Assembly (NCBI RefSeq): GCF_030144855.1
Contig: NW_026781620.1
Span: 1 to 64,000, forward strand
DNA from: Hypanus sabinus
Lineage: Eukaryota
DNA: 64,000 nucleotides
Reading direction: 5' to 3'
Position numbers and translations under genes: made by a program. The notes beneath the pieces are model-generated. The model had not been told where the DNA came from and did no database searches. It saw nothing but the letters and a program-made list of their open reading frames with translations. How positions within the stretch are numbered: the stretch's first letter is position 1; each line of letters opens with the position of its first letter. Positions 36,495 through 48,651 of the stretch are shown here, in pieces.

Positions 36495-38160
36495 CTGTGC
36501 GGAGGGAAGTCAAGATATTTAAAACACATTCGGAATGAAATTTTCTCTGAAATCAACAATTTTAATCAATAGAATTTTCAAGAGCAGATTTGGACTTGGA
36601 ATCGATGTAACTACTAAGGAGAAAATCGGAATCATTATTAAATGGGTAGTGACTATAATGTACCTGAGAAGTTCGTGAGAATGACGGGAATCTCATTGAA
36701 ACCTATTAAATATTGTAAGGACGACATATCGTGGACGTGGAGAGCTGCAGCAGTGTTGGATTTACAATAGAAACCCATCACTTCAGAACAGAGGTGGTTA
36801 GAAATTTGTTTCGACCGTGGCTGGTGAATACCTGGAATTTCTCGCCACAGACGGCTATGGGAGTCAGTTCGTTGGAATCATTTGTAACAGAGAGTGATAG
36901 GCAATCGATTCGTCGAAGCCTCAATGGATATAGAGAGTGGGCGCCAGAATGTGGTTGAGATGGATAATGAATCAGCTATTATGGAATGGCGGAGAAACCT
37001 CCGTGCTCGAATCACGGAATTCAACTCCCGAATCATATGGGACAACCATTGATATCGATGGATAGCTGGAATGTGTTCTGACCTTCGCCGGCAGGAGAAG
37101 GGGCTGAAAATGGAATGCGATAATGAACTGATTTCTGATTAAGTCCCAAGTATCACGGTGCCAGAAATTCAACTTCCTTCAACAGTAAACACGAGAACAA
37201 ACTTAGAGCAGAAGAGATCAAGAAATAGTAGCCAGAATAGTTCATCTGTTCGGACTGGCATGCACCGCCATTGAAGATAATCATGGTTGAGCTGACCATG
37301 TACATTTATTCAACTGCCTGCTTTTTCTCCCAAAGCCCGTAATTGCCCTACTACGGAAAAATTCATTCCAAACTTTTCTAAAATATATTTACTGAGGTAA
37401 TGTCCACTTCTTCATTGGGCAGAGAATTCCACAGATTCACCACCCTCTGTGAAAAGTAGTTCCTCCAAATCTCCGTCCTAAATTCACTCCCACAAGCTTC
37501 AGCCTATGCCCCCGAGTTCTAGCCTCACCGACAAGTGGAAACAACTTTCCTGGCCCTGTTGTATCTATCCCTTTCGTAAATTTTACATGTTGCTGAAATA
37601 TCATCTCTGGTCCTTCTGAATTCCAGTGCGTGCAGTCGCAGGCGACAACATCTCTCCTGATAGTCTCGCCTCCTCTTGTCTGGAATCAAAATGGGGAAAC
37701 GACTTCAAGGCCAGTAAAATCCTCCCCAAGTCACCGTACCAGACTTGCACGCAGTACTACAGCTGCCGCCTCACAAGTACCGCGTGCATTTGCAGCATAA
37801 TCGACTTACACTTAAATTCACGTCTGTAGCAATGAAGGCCAATATCCCATCTGCCTCCTCGTTAGACTGCGGCTGTTGCAAACAAACCTCTTTTGGTTGA
37901 AGAACAAACACTCTAAAGTGCCTCCACGTGGCAGTATACTGCAATCGTTTACCACTTAATAAAATTGTGTTCTTCAATTTGTCCTTCCCAGGTAGATAAC
38001 CTCGCTTGCATCAACATTGTCCTCCGTTCGACTAGACGCTAATACTTTCGCTTAAACAATTCCACTCCAATATTTGTGTAGGCGGTAGATCGTGGCAATA
38101 ATGGTGGCTACGTGACCTCCTTCTTTTTCACAGCTGGGGCTTTGAGGTATTTATTTATAT

Positions 38161-38192
38161 ATTCATTCATTCAAGCACTTATCCATTCATTC

Positions 38193-38227
<35 letters not shown>

Positions 38228-38252
38228 TATTCATTCATTCATTCATTCATTC
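38161..38252 (+). repeat. Compound microsatellite (ATTC)n/(AATC)n in the GPCR 2 intron
   Basis: Directly visible; absent from the GPCR 1 intron. Confidence 0.9.
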
Positions 38253-38699
38253 TGGCGATGAAGTCCCCTCCAGCAGGGTTCGGGATAGCTGAATTATCCT
38301 ACCATTTCCCAAATGGACTGTGGAACATAAACCACTGGAAGCATGTCTATGCTTCACAGAGGGTGCAGATGTAATTTGTCAGACTACTGCCTAGATCGGA
38401 GGCCATTTACTCTGAGGAGAGTTTGTGAGAGCTCGATCTTGCTTCTCAGGGAGTGAAGGTGCATGTGAGGTCACTTGCTGGCAGTGTTTGAGAGGTGAAG
38501 AGGCAAAGGTAACGTTTGCCTGACGGAGAAGTAACCCGGACGCCGACAACCCCAAAGCTGGAGATGTAATGCAATTAGCCGATGTTTGCTGAAGCGGTAC
38601 CGGTTTCAGAGACGGGCCATGCAATGAGACGACAGGCATTAAAGAGAAGCTGAATTTCACTCTTCAACGTTAATCAGGAGGAAGGAGCCAAGCACTTAC

Positions 38700-38880
38700 C
38701 AGGAACAGCTACAATGGCGAGGACAGGGTAGTAAATTACTTGGATGGTCAAAATCGCATAAGTGACACGAAAATCCAACGACAGCGTTTCATAATATAAA
38801 GAAAGAGATTCATGGGGCCAGAAAATATTCTTCTGAATTCCCGCAGCTTTCCGTGATATATTTTGCAGATTACGATCCAT
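38700..38880 (-). CDS. GPCR 2, coding exon 1
   Basis: ATG 38880; MDRNLQNIS...IYYPVLAIVAVP plus G then GTAAGT donor; phase 1, in frame with exon 2. Confidence 0.9.
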
Positions 38881-39260
38881 TGTTGGGATAGTCCAGATTC
38901 CTGGTCCCGATTCAGCCTCTGTCCTCTCTCTATCTGGAGCCCGCTGGTCTCTGATAGCGGAGACTGGCAGCTTCACTGAAACTGCCGTTGTGAGCGAGAC
39001 ACATTAATAGAACAGGTAACCAGCAGTCACACCTCCGCGGTGACGTTAACAATCCCCACGGACACACCTTTAATTAGGTTCTACGGATGACAGGTACAGA
39101 TAACCCTTTATTTCCAGACTGTCAGAGAAGAGATACAAAAGCAAATTTGAAATGTAACTAATAATCCGAGCAGCCGGCTGTCCACCGATGCCTGCTGTGT
39201 CTGTAAACGGACACAAAACTGAGAAATGTAATGACACACAGCTAGAAACTGATATGGAAC
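38881..39260 (-). promoter_or_regulatory. Conserved 5' UTR/promoter block of GPCR 2
   Basis: Paralogous to 12627-13050. Confidence 0.6.
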
Positions 39261-39369
39261 CAGTGTGGAAATGAAGATATACAGAGGAAATAAAAAAATA
39301 AGGATAAATGATGTGATAAACAGATTAAAATAATGATTGCAAAGATAGCTCTTAAAATAATATTTGCAG

Positions 39370-42300
39370 GGTTAGTTTGAAAAAAGATATCGAGTTAGAT
39401 ATTCCAAAATAATCCAGTTCTGGCTGGTTGACGGATAACAGTGAAGTTCCACAGTGCTCAGGGTTGGGACAGAATCCTGTTTAATATGTATGTCAATAGT
39501 CCGGGCAGCGGTATTAAAGTAGTTGTGGCTAAAGTAGCCAGTAATAGAAAGATAGGTGGAGAAGCGTGTTGAGGAAACAGAGAGACTGAGATTGTTTAGG
39601 AGAATGGGTAAAGAAGTTGTGAGTGCAATAGAATGTTGTAAAGTGCATGGTGATGCACTTTGGTGGAAGCCATAAACGAGCAGGCTATTATTTATGTGAC
39701 GTGATGCTGTAGCTCGAAAAGGCACTCATCGGACCATTTTTGTTGTCTTGTAGTATTGTGTGCAGCTTTGGGCTCCATATTTTAGAAAGGATATACTGAC
39801 AGTGGTGAGGTTTCAGAGAAGATTCACGAGAATGTTTCAAGGAGTGAAAGGGTTGCCGTATGAGGAATGGCTGGCTGATCTTGGGCTGCATTCCCTGGAG
39901 TTGAGGAAATTAAGGGCGGGATCTTACAGAAAAATTCCAAATGTTAAAATGCCTGAACAGATTAGATGTGAGATGGGGATTATATGGCTGAGAGCAGGAT
40001 TGAAGGACATCCATTTAGAACACAGATGCGTGGAAACTACTTTAGACAGATGGCCGTAAATCTGTGGAATTTGTTATAACGAGCTGCTGTGGAGGCCAAT
40101 ACATTGGGTGCATTTAAGGCAGAAATGGATACGTTCTTGATTAGCCAGGGCATCAATATTCCTATATTTCATTGCTTTAAAAGGGATAAAGAGGGGGAAT
40201 AAGTGGAGGAGGTGTGGCATTACTGTTCAGGGACTATTACAGTTGCAGAAAGGGTGCTTGATGCAGCAGGATACTCTTATGAGTCTGTAAATGTGGAGGT
40301 CAGGAAGAGGAATGGGACAGTTACTCAACTGTCGTATTCTATACGCAGCGGCAGAGATACCAAGGAGTAGAGTGGGAGGCAGATTTTGGAAAGGTGCAAA
40401 AATAACAGGGTTGTTATCATGGCTGACTTTAACTTCCCTAATATTGATTGGCACTTGATTAGTTCCAAGGGTTTAGATGGGGCAGTGTTTAGTAAGTGTG
40501 TCCAGGATGGATTCACGCAACAGTATATTGATAGGCCGACCAGGGGGAATGCCATACTAGATTTAATATTAAGTAAGGAACGGGGTCAGGTCACAGATCT
40601 GTCAGTAGGTGAACATCTGGGGGACAGTGATCACCGCTCCCTCACCTTTAGCATTTACATGGAAAAGGATAGAATTAGAGTACAGGAAAAAATTTAATTG
40701 GGGAAGGGCAAATTATGAGGCTATAATGCTAGAACTTGCGGGTGTGAATTGGGATGATGGTTTTGAAGGGAAATGTACTATGGACATGTGGTCGATGTTT
40801 AAGGATCTCTCGCAGGAATTTAGGGATAAGTTTGTCCCGGTGAGGAAGATAAAGAATGGTAGGGTGAAGGAGCCATGGGTGTCAAGTGAAGTGGAAAATC
40901 CAGTCTGGTAGAAGAACGCAGCATACATGAGGTTTAGGAAGTAAGGATCATCTGGGCCTATTGAGGAATATTGGGTAGCAAGAAATGAGCTTAGGAAGGG
41001 GCTGAGAAGATCAAGAAGAGGGCAGGAGAAGGCCCTGGCGAGTAGGGTAAAGGAAACACCCAAGGCGTTCTTCAATTATGTGAAGAACAAAAGGATGACA
41101 GGAGTGAAGGTAGGACCGATTAGAGATAAAAGTGGAAGATGTGCCTGGAGGCTGTGGAAGTGAACGAGGTCCTCAATGAATACTTCTCTTCTGTATTCAC
41201 AACTGAGAGGAAACTTGATGATGGTGAGGACAATATGAGTCAGGTTGATGTTTTGGAGCATGTTAATATTAAGGGAGAGGAAGTGTTGGAGTTGTTAAAA
41301 TACATTAGGACGGATAAGTCCACGTGGCCTGATGCCAGGCTGCTCCATGGGGCAAGGGAAGAGATTGTAGAATCTCTGCCTAGGATCTTTATGTCCTCAT
41401 TGTCAACGGGAATGGTATCGGAGGAGTGGAGGGATGCCAATGTTATCCCCGTGCTCAAAAAATTAGTAGGTCTAGTCCAGGTAATTATAGACCAGCGAAC
41501 CTTCCATCTCGGGTGGGAATGCTGTTGGAAAAGATTCATAGAGATAAGATTTAAGGACATTCATAAAATCGTGCTCTGATCAGGGTCAGTCAGCATGGAT
41601 TTGTGGAGGGCAGATCCTGCATAACAAGCCTGATAGAGTTCTTTGTGGAAGTGACCAGGCATATAGATGAGAGTAGTGCAGTGGATGTGATCTGCATGAA
41701 TTTTCGTAAAGCATTTGACAATTTTCCACACGGTTGGCTTATTCAGAAAGTCAGAAGGCATGGGAGCCTGGGAAGATTGGCCAGGTGGATTCAGAATTGG
41801 CTTGCTCTACTTTTTGGGAATGTTATTAATGACCTAGATGTGGGGGTTGAAGGGTGTGGTGGCAAGTTTGCAGATGACACAAAGGATGGTGGTGTTGTAG
41901 ATAGTCTATAGGATTGTCAAGGATTGCAGAGAGACATTGATAGGATGCAGAAGTGGGCTGAGAAGTGGCAGATGGAGTTCAACCCGGAGAAGTGTGAGAT
42001 GGTACACTTTGGAAGGACAAACCGCAAGGCAGAGTACAAAGTAAATGGCAAGATACTTGGTTGTGTGGAGGAGCAGAGGGATCTGGAGATCTATGTTCAA
42101 AGATCCCTGAACGTTGCCTCACAGGTAAATAGGGTAGTTAAGAAAGCATAGCTTTCATAAAGTCTAGGGATAGAGTTTAAGATAGGTGATGTAATGATGC
42201 AGCTCTATAAAACTCTAGTTAGGAGACACTTGGAGTACTGTGTCCAATTCTGATCGCCTCACTCTTGGAAGGATGTCGAAGCATTGGAAAGGGTACACAG

Positions 42301-42889
42301 GAGATTTACCGGGATGCTGCCTGGTTCAGAGAGACATGATTATGATCAAAGATTAAGGGAGCTGGGGATTACACTTTGGAGGGAAATAGGATGAAAGGAG
42401 TCATGATAGACGTGGACAAGATATTAAGAGGAATAGATAGAGTGGATAGCCAGCGTCTCTTCCCCAGGTCACCACTACTCAGTGCAAGAGGACATTGCTT
42501 TCAGGTTAGTGGAGGACAGTTCAAGGGGGATATTAGAGGAAGGTTATTCACTCAGAGAGTGGTTGGTGCGTGGAATGCACAGCCTGAGTCAATGGTGGAG
42601 GCAGATACAGTAGTGAAGTTTAAGAGACAGTTAGATAGGTATATGGAGGAATTGAAGGTGGGGGGTTATATGGGAGGCAGGGTTTCTGGGTCGGCAAAGC
42701 ATTGTGGGCTGGAGGGCCTGAAATGTGCTGTACTATACAATGTTCTATATTCAAAACGTATGGGATGAAGGCAATGAGTGGGAATGACTTGAAGAATTGG
42801 ATCCGCTCGTGATGAAATGGTGCAGCAGACTCAACGGGCCGAATGGCCTACCGCCGTTCCTATAACTTATAGTCTTATGGTCTTATAAG
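39370..42889 (+). mobile_element. Composite of decayed CR1 ORF2 copies
   Basis: ORFs 39760-40059, 40386-40697 (VIMADFNFP, GDSDH), 41603-41911 (KFADDTK) and 42376-42768. Confidence 0.9.
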
Positions 42890-43960
42890 CACGTCATGAA
42901 ATAGATTGAAATCAGTATGAATGTCCTTACGTTCAAAGCTGAGGTTGAAAAGTTGTTGTTGATTACAAAATTACAGAACTATTTCCAAAATTACGGGCGG
43001 AAGGTAACAGAATGTCAAGAAAAACTTCCAATGATCACAATTTCAATACCGAAAACGTTTGGTTAAGGAAAGAGTTTAGATGAGAGTAATCTTTTTACTC
43101 TTATCGGTTGAACGACTGTGGGTGCGGTCTTTCATCATTCCTGGAATTTATTAATTATCTTAGCAAGAAAATTAATTTCTTGGTATATAGAAGCGTTATA
43201 TAGATACCCGCCCCCGGTTTATTTGTCCAAAACTGGTGAGACTGAGATTGCTCGATCGCTAAGCAAATCCCGGTTGGTTTCTCTTCTGTGGTATTTGCAA
43301 CCCCGTTACAAACTTGTGCCATGACATAACAAGCGGCATACAAATACAGAGATTAGATTTATAGATCTAAACTCAACTCTAGTAACGAGGAAGGAAAAGT
43401 AAGAAACCATCCTAATTATCTGTGAAATGGGCACCAGCTGAAGCTCCTCTTGAGCTTACTTGAAACTCCTGGGCTCTATGTCAACACAAAATAACAAAGC
43501 AATACGTCTGGAACAAACAGGTCGCTCACCGGATTGTATCCTGCGATCGGTTCTCCCAGCGTATGTTTTTTTTTTCATCTCGCGGCGAACCAAAATCAAA
43601 ACCAAGACAGACCGTATTGTCCCTCATGAAGAATGTCTGCCCAGAATTCAACCATCACAACTTGATCGCAGGCAGTTCTTCTATTCAGCAGTAATCCAAA
43701 CATTTTGCCAGCAGTACAGGCTGCTTGTTCTGAACTTCAGAATTAAATACATCGAACATAACAGTGTAAGTATAAAGCGGGACATCACAGTACTTTGATA
43801 AACTTTGTGCTTTGAACTTGGAACTTAAATGAGAATCACACACAAAACGCTGTGGGAGCACAGCAAGTCAGGCAGCATCTCCGGAACTGAGTAAGCGCTC
43901 GAGGTTTCGGGGTGAGACCATTCATTAGGGCTTGACAGTAGCAATGTACGTTCTTATTCT
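42890..43960 (+). repeat. Non-coding modules 1 and 2, copy c
   Basis: Module 1 at 42890-43302 and a shortened module 2 at 43503-43960. Confidence 0.8.
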
Positions 43961-44009
43961 ACAGAGCCACAAGACTCAAATATTTCTCGTTTATTCTCCC
44001 TTTCAATTC

Positions 44010-45960
44010 TGGAATTATTCGTGTGAAATTCACATGGACCCTCTCCAATGCCAGCACATTTTTTTGTGAGATGAGGATCTGGAATTTATTCTAATATGGC
44101 ATTTCACTTGCCATTTTCTTGCCAATTCTCCTCATCTTTCGAAGATCCTCTGCAAACGGCCCGTTTCCTCAACAGTACCTGCCCCTACAGCAATATTCGT
44201 GCCATCTGCAGGCTTGGCAACAAACCGTCTGCTCCATCATCTATATCATTGACATGCAACAGCGAAAAAATTGGTCTCTACACGGACACCGGCGGAAGAT
44301 CCGTTTATACTCACTCAATTTGTCTTACTGTTCAGCCAATCCTCATTGTTCTTCTTGTAATACCATGGATCTAATTTGGTAAGCTGCCTGATGTGTGGCA
44401 ACTAGTCAAAGTTCTTTCAAAAGTCCAAATACACAACATAAACTACAACCCCTTTATGTATCCGACATGTATTCTCCTCAAGGAAATTCAGCGGGCAGGA
44501 TCTCTTCATCAGGCAAAGTTTGAACACATTTGTGATGGGTGTGTCCCTTGGGCCTGATGATTTCTATGCAGGATATTAAAAGAGATAGCAGAGGGGTGTA
44601 ATGACTTTGTCATCTCTTGTCCTGCCTTACGCAGCTTAACAATTAAATCCTACTGCCAAGATCAGGCTGTCAGGTATATAAACTCCTTTTTATTCTGTCT
44701 TCCCCCTTTCCTAAAAAAGTGAGGTGGCATTTGCAATTTTTCTGACATTGGGCGCCATGCAGGAGTCCAACGATTTTGAGTGATCATTGCTAATGCCTCC
44801 ACTATCTCCGACGCACACTCTTTCAGAGCCCTGATGTAGAGTTCATGTGGTCCGGCTGACTTATGGACCCTTTGGTCTTTCAGCTTTTGAGCACCTTCTA
44901 CCCTTGTAAGAATAACTGCATCCACTTCTGTTCTTTCACACATGACAACATCAGACATCTACTAGAATCTTCCATTGTGATGATTGATGCAAAATACTCA
45001 TTCAGTTCATCTGCCATCCCCTTGTCCCCGTTACTATCTCTCCTGCCCTATTTCTAGCGGTCCTATATCCCCTCGTATTTCTCCATAATTGTTCTGCACT
45101 GAAGCACAATTTCTCTACCATGTTGATGTTATTCATTAGCTTGCTTTCATATTTCATCTTTTCCCATAAAACCATTCTGTCTGTTCTCTGCAGGTTTTTA
45201 AAAGTTTCCCAATACTGATTTCCTGCTAGTTTCTGCTTTGTGAAATACCCTCTCTTTTGCTTTTCCGTTTGTCACGATTGTTCTAATTTTAAAATTTCTT
45301 TGTTTTTAGAATGCAAGAATTCTGCACGTTCCTCTGTATTAACAGAAGCTCACTGCATTTCCGTCCTGCAGACCATCCCGACAGCGTCTCATTCAAGCCG
45401 AATTTGGCCATGAACTTTTTCAGTCCATTGTAATTTATATTATTCCATTGAAATACTGCGGCGTCAGACTTTACTTTTCCCCTATCGTATTTAAAATTGA
45501 TCTCAATTATATTGTGATCACTGATTCCTAAATGTCCCTTTACCTTAAGCTCTCTAATCATTTCCGATTCGTTTCAAAGCGCCCAATGCAGTGGAGCTGA
45601 TCGACATGTCGGCTTAAGGAGAAGCTGCAAGAAACATGCCAAACCAATCTATCTGAATGTGGAAAAATGCCATGGATATCATGGCGTTGTCTTACAGCCA
45701 CACGCTTGTCTGTTGAAATCTGTGGTTTGTGTTCCAGCTACTGTCCGGAGGTCTTTACATACTTCCCATGAGGGTGGTTTTACCATTTCAGCTTCTTAAC
45801 GCAACCCAAAATGATTCCATTGCTTACGATCCTTTGCCATATATTTCGACTGAGCTGATGCCATTCTTTACCTGCAGAGCCACGCTACCCTTTCTGCCGA
45901 TCTTCCTATTCGTCCGGTATAACATGTAGCCTTGGATATTCAGTTCGGAAATGCGACCAC
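44010..45960 (-). mobile_element. Decayed CR1 ORF2 fragments
   Basis: HKSAGPHELYIRALKE and HLGISDHNIIE motifs in minus ORFs. Confidence 0.8.
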
Positions 45961-46899
45961 ATTTCAGCCACGATCCAGCGATAGTCACCGCATCCTAAAA
46001 TCCGTCATCTGTAACGGTGCAACAAGATCATCCTTTTAATGTCTCAATCTGGAGCTGCAGATCAGTGACATTCATCAGTGATCAGCGAATATTTACAGGA
46101 GAATGAGGTGTAACTGCTCAGTTGCAGGTGACATGTGTCTGTGTGAACGATAAGAGAGGGAAGAAGAGGAGTAAAGTGCAGAACACTCATTGGTCGTTCC
46201 TATCAATAACAGGTGCTACTACTTGAATATTGTTGGCGGTGTACCGACCACGGGAATACCGCGGCGAGCTGGTCAGCGGCGCTGAGTCCAACGAGGTGAC
46301 TCAGAATACAAGGGAAAGGAGATGAGTTACAGAGGATTGAGCTGTGTCAAACACCTAGATGGTTGAGAAAAATGCCAGAATATGCCCCAACGGGATACTG
46401 ACCCAATGTAGAGTTCACTGAAATGTCTCAATCCTTTGTCACAATACTTTCGTATCCGACAACGGTATCCTTCACCTGTTGCATATGCTTCGGAACATTC
46501 AGCTTCTCGAACATTGTCTTGTCTTGCTTCATACTCAGCTTCATCTTCTAAAAAAAAAACAAAAAACATGCTGTTACTGAGATCGGCATTGTAGGATATC
46601 CAAAGGTCATGTACGTTCCTGAATGAACGTTAAGATTCTTAATGAACTTTCCCCAGTTTCTGCACAATGCATTTCCATTCCGCATTCGGCCGATTGAGCG
46701 CTGTCCCATAAAGACCATACTGATCATAAACTACAGCGACCTTAACACTTCTGCGATTAAGGGCATTGTTCACAAATGGTCCCCAGCGAATTATTGATAA
46801 TTCGCTCGGTACAACTACATATATATTTTTCTTATCGGGACTTGAGTGCGGAAGAAATGCAACAATTGAAAGCTAATGTTCTTTATTTATGACCATAAG

Positions 46900-48070
46900 G
46901 TAAGATTGGGGGCTATGTAATGGCCTATGAAATTAACGGGTTCTTTGCAAATGTGTTTCCAGTGCAAGGCACTTTCACTGTGTTAGAGTCCTGAAAGAGT
47001 CAGGGACCTGAATTGTTATTACAAATGAAAAAATGCTCATCAAACACAAAGATATTAAGACGGAAAAATCTCCTGGGATAGATGTCACAGAGTCCTCAGA
47101 GAGGATGCTGAAGAGATAATGGACATATTGGTAATGTTCATTACAGAATCACTTCATTTTGGTACGTCTCGGAGGACTGGAGAAGATTAAAAATATTACT
47201 CCACTCTTTACGAAGTTATGAAGGCGAATGTTTGGAAATTTTAGGCCAGTTAGCTTAATTAAACTGGGAAAATATTGAAGTCCATTATTAAGGGTGAGTG
47301 TGCGTAGTGCTTGGAGACTAATAATTAAATAACTCTAAGTCAGCAGTGTTTCTCTGATTGGACATCTAGCCTGATCAACCTGTTCGAATTCTTCGAGGAA
47401 GTGGCAAGCGGGATGGGGGGGGGGGGGGTTAAATGTGAGGCAGTTGTGCCATTTCCTTGGGTTTTCTGAAGGTATTTGATAAGGTGCCACACATGAGGCT
47501 GTTTAACAAAACAAAATCCTATGGCATTAGCTTAAAAATACTGGCATGAGTAGAGTAATGTCTGACAGGCAGGATGCAAAGTTTGTGAATAAAAGAGGTC
47601 TTTTGTGGTTGGCTGCCGGTGACTAGAGGTGTTCTTAGGGTCAGTATTGGGACATCTAGCTTTCACCGTTTTTGTGCATGTTTTGGATAATGGAATTAAA
47701 TGCTTTGCGGCCAAGCTTTGACAGAAGATATGGAGATAAGTGAGGTCGGGTAGGTAGAGCTGAGGAACCAATGAGAATGCAGGAAGACTTAGATAAATTG
47801 GAAGGACGGGGGAGAGGTAGAAGATGAAATGCAGTGTTGGAAAATGTATAAGAATTCATTTTGGTAAAAGGAACAATAGTGCAGACCACTATCTGAATGG
47901 GCAGAAGGTTCAACCATCATAGGTGCAGAAGGACAGAGGCTTCCTCGTTCAAGACTCCCAGAAGGTTATATATCTGCTGTAAACACGGAAAATGCAATGT
48001 TGGCATTGATCTGAAGGGGTATAGAATATACAAGCAAGGAGATGCTAGTAGCTTTCTGCCGACCCCAGGC
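46900..48070 (+). mobile_element. Decayed CR1 RT fragments
   Basis: FDKVPH-, GVLRV/GSVLG- and KC.V.HFG-like remnants. Confidence 0.7.
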
Positions 48071-48651
48071 TATTCCTCTCACGATAGAACGCACGGCCAC
48101 GATTTCCTACGAGCACATGATCTTCCCTTTGTACTGCGTTCTTTCCCCGTTTTACATCAATGCCGACTCTTTCAACAGGGTCAACGGAGAATTACAAACT
48201 CTCCAGCTCTCTGTCAATCGGGACAATGGTCATGTGGTCAAGTAAAAGTCCATTTATTATCAAACTATGTTATGTCACCAAATACTATCGTGATGTTACT
48301 TTTCTTGCTGGTATCCAGAGTACAACAGAGAAATGCAACTGGAACATTGAAGTGCCATGGCAAAACTGAGACTATGCAAATGACTAATATGCAATAGATG
48401 ACAAACTGAGCAGACAGCACATAAACAACTTAATAAATAACGAATGAATGGAAGGATAGATAGGAAGATGGGTTGACGGACAACAAAATAATTAACACTG
48501 AGGACATGAGTTGCTGAGTATTAGAAGAATGAGGGGATTTGCGGGGAGGAATCTCATTGAAAACTGTCGAATGTTAAAAGGGCAAAAATATAGTATATGT
48601 AGCATAGTCTAGGAACAGAGGGCATAACCTCAGAACAGACTTGTCCATTTA

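Larger units (their letters stand above)
39649..47792 (+). repeat. Recent segmental duplication, copy 1 (part visibly matched in the window)
   Basis: Near-identical to 55846-64000 with an offset of about 16.2 kb; few substitutions and small indels. Confidence 0.95.

Noticed and set aside
46640-46780. YDQYG resemblance to the end of a DnaJ domain
   Set aside because: No HPD motif or other J-domain features
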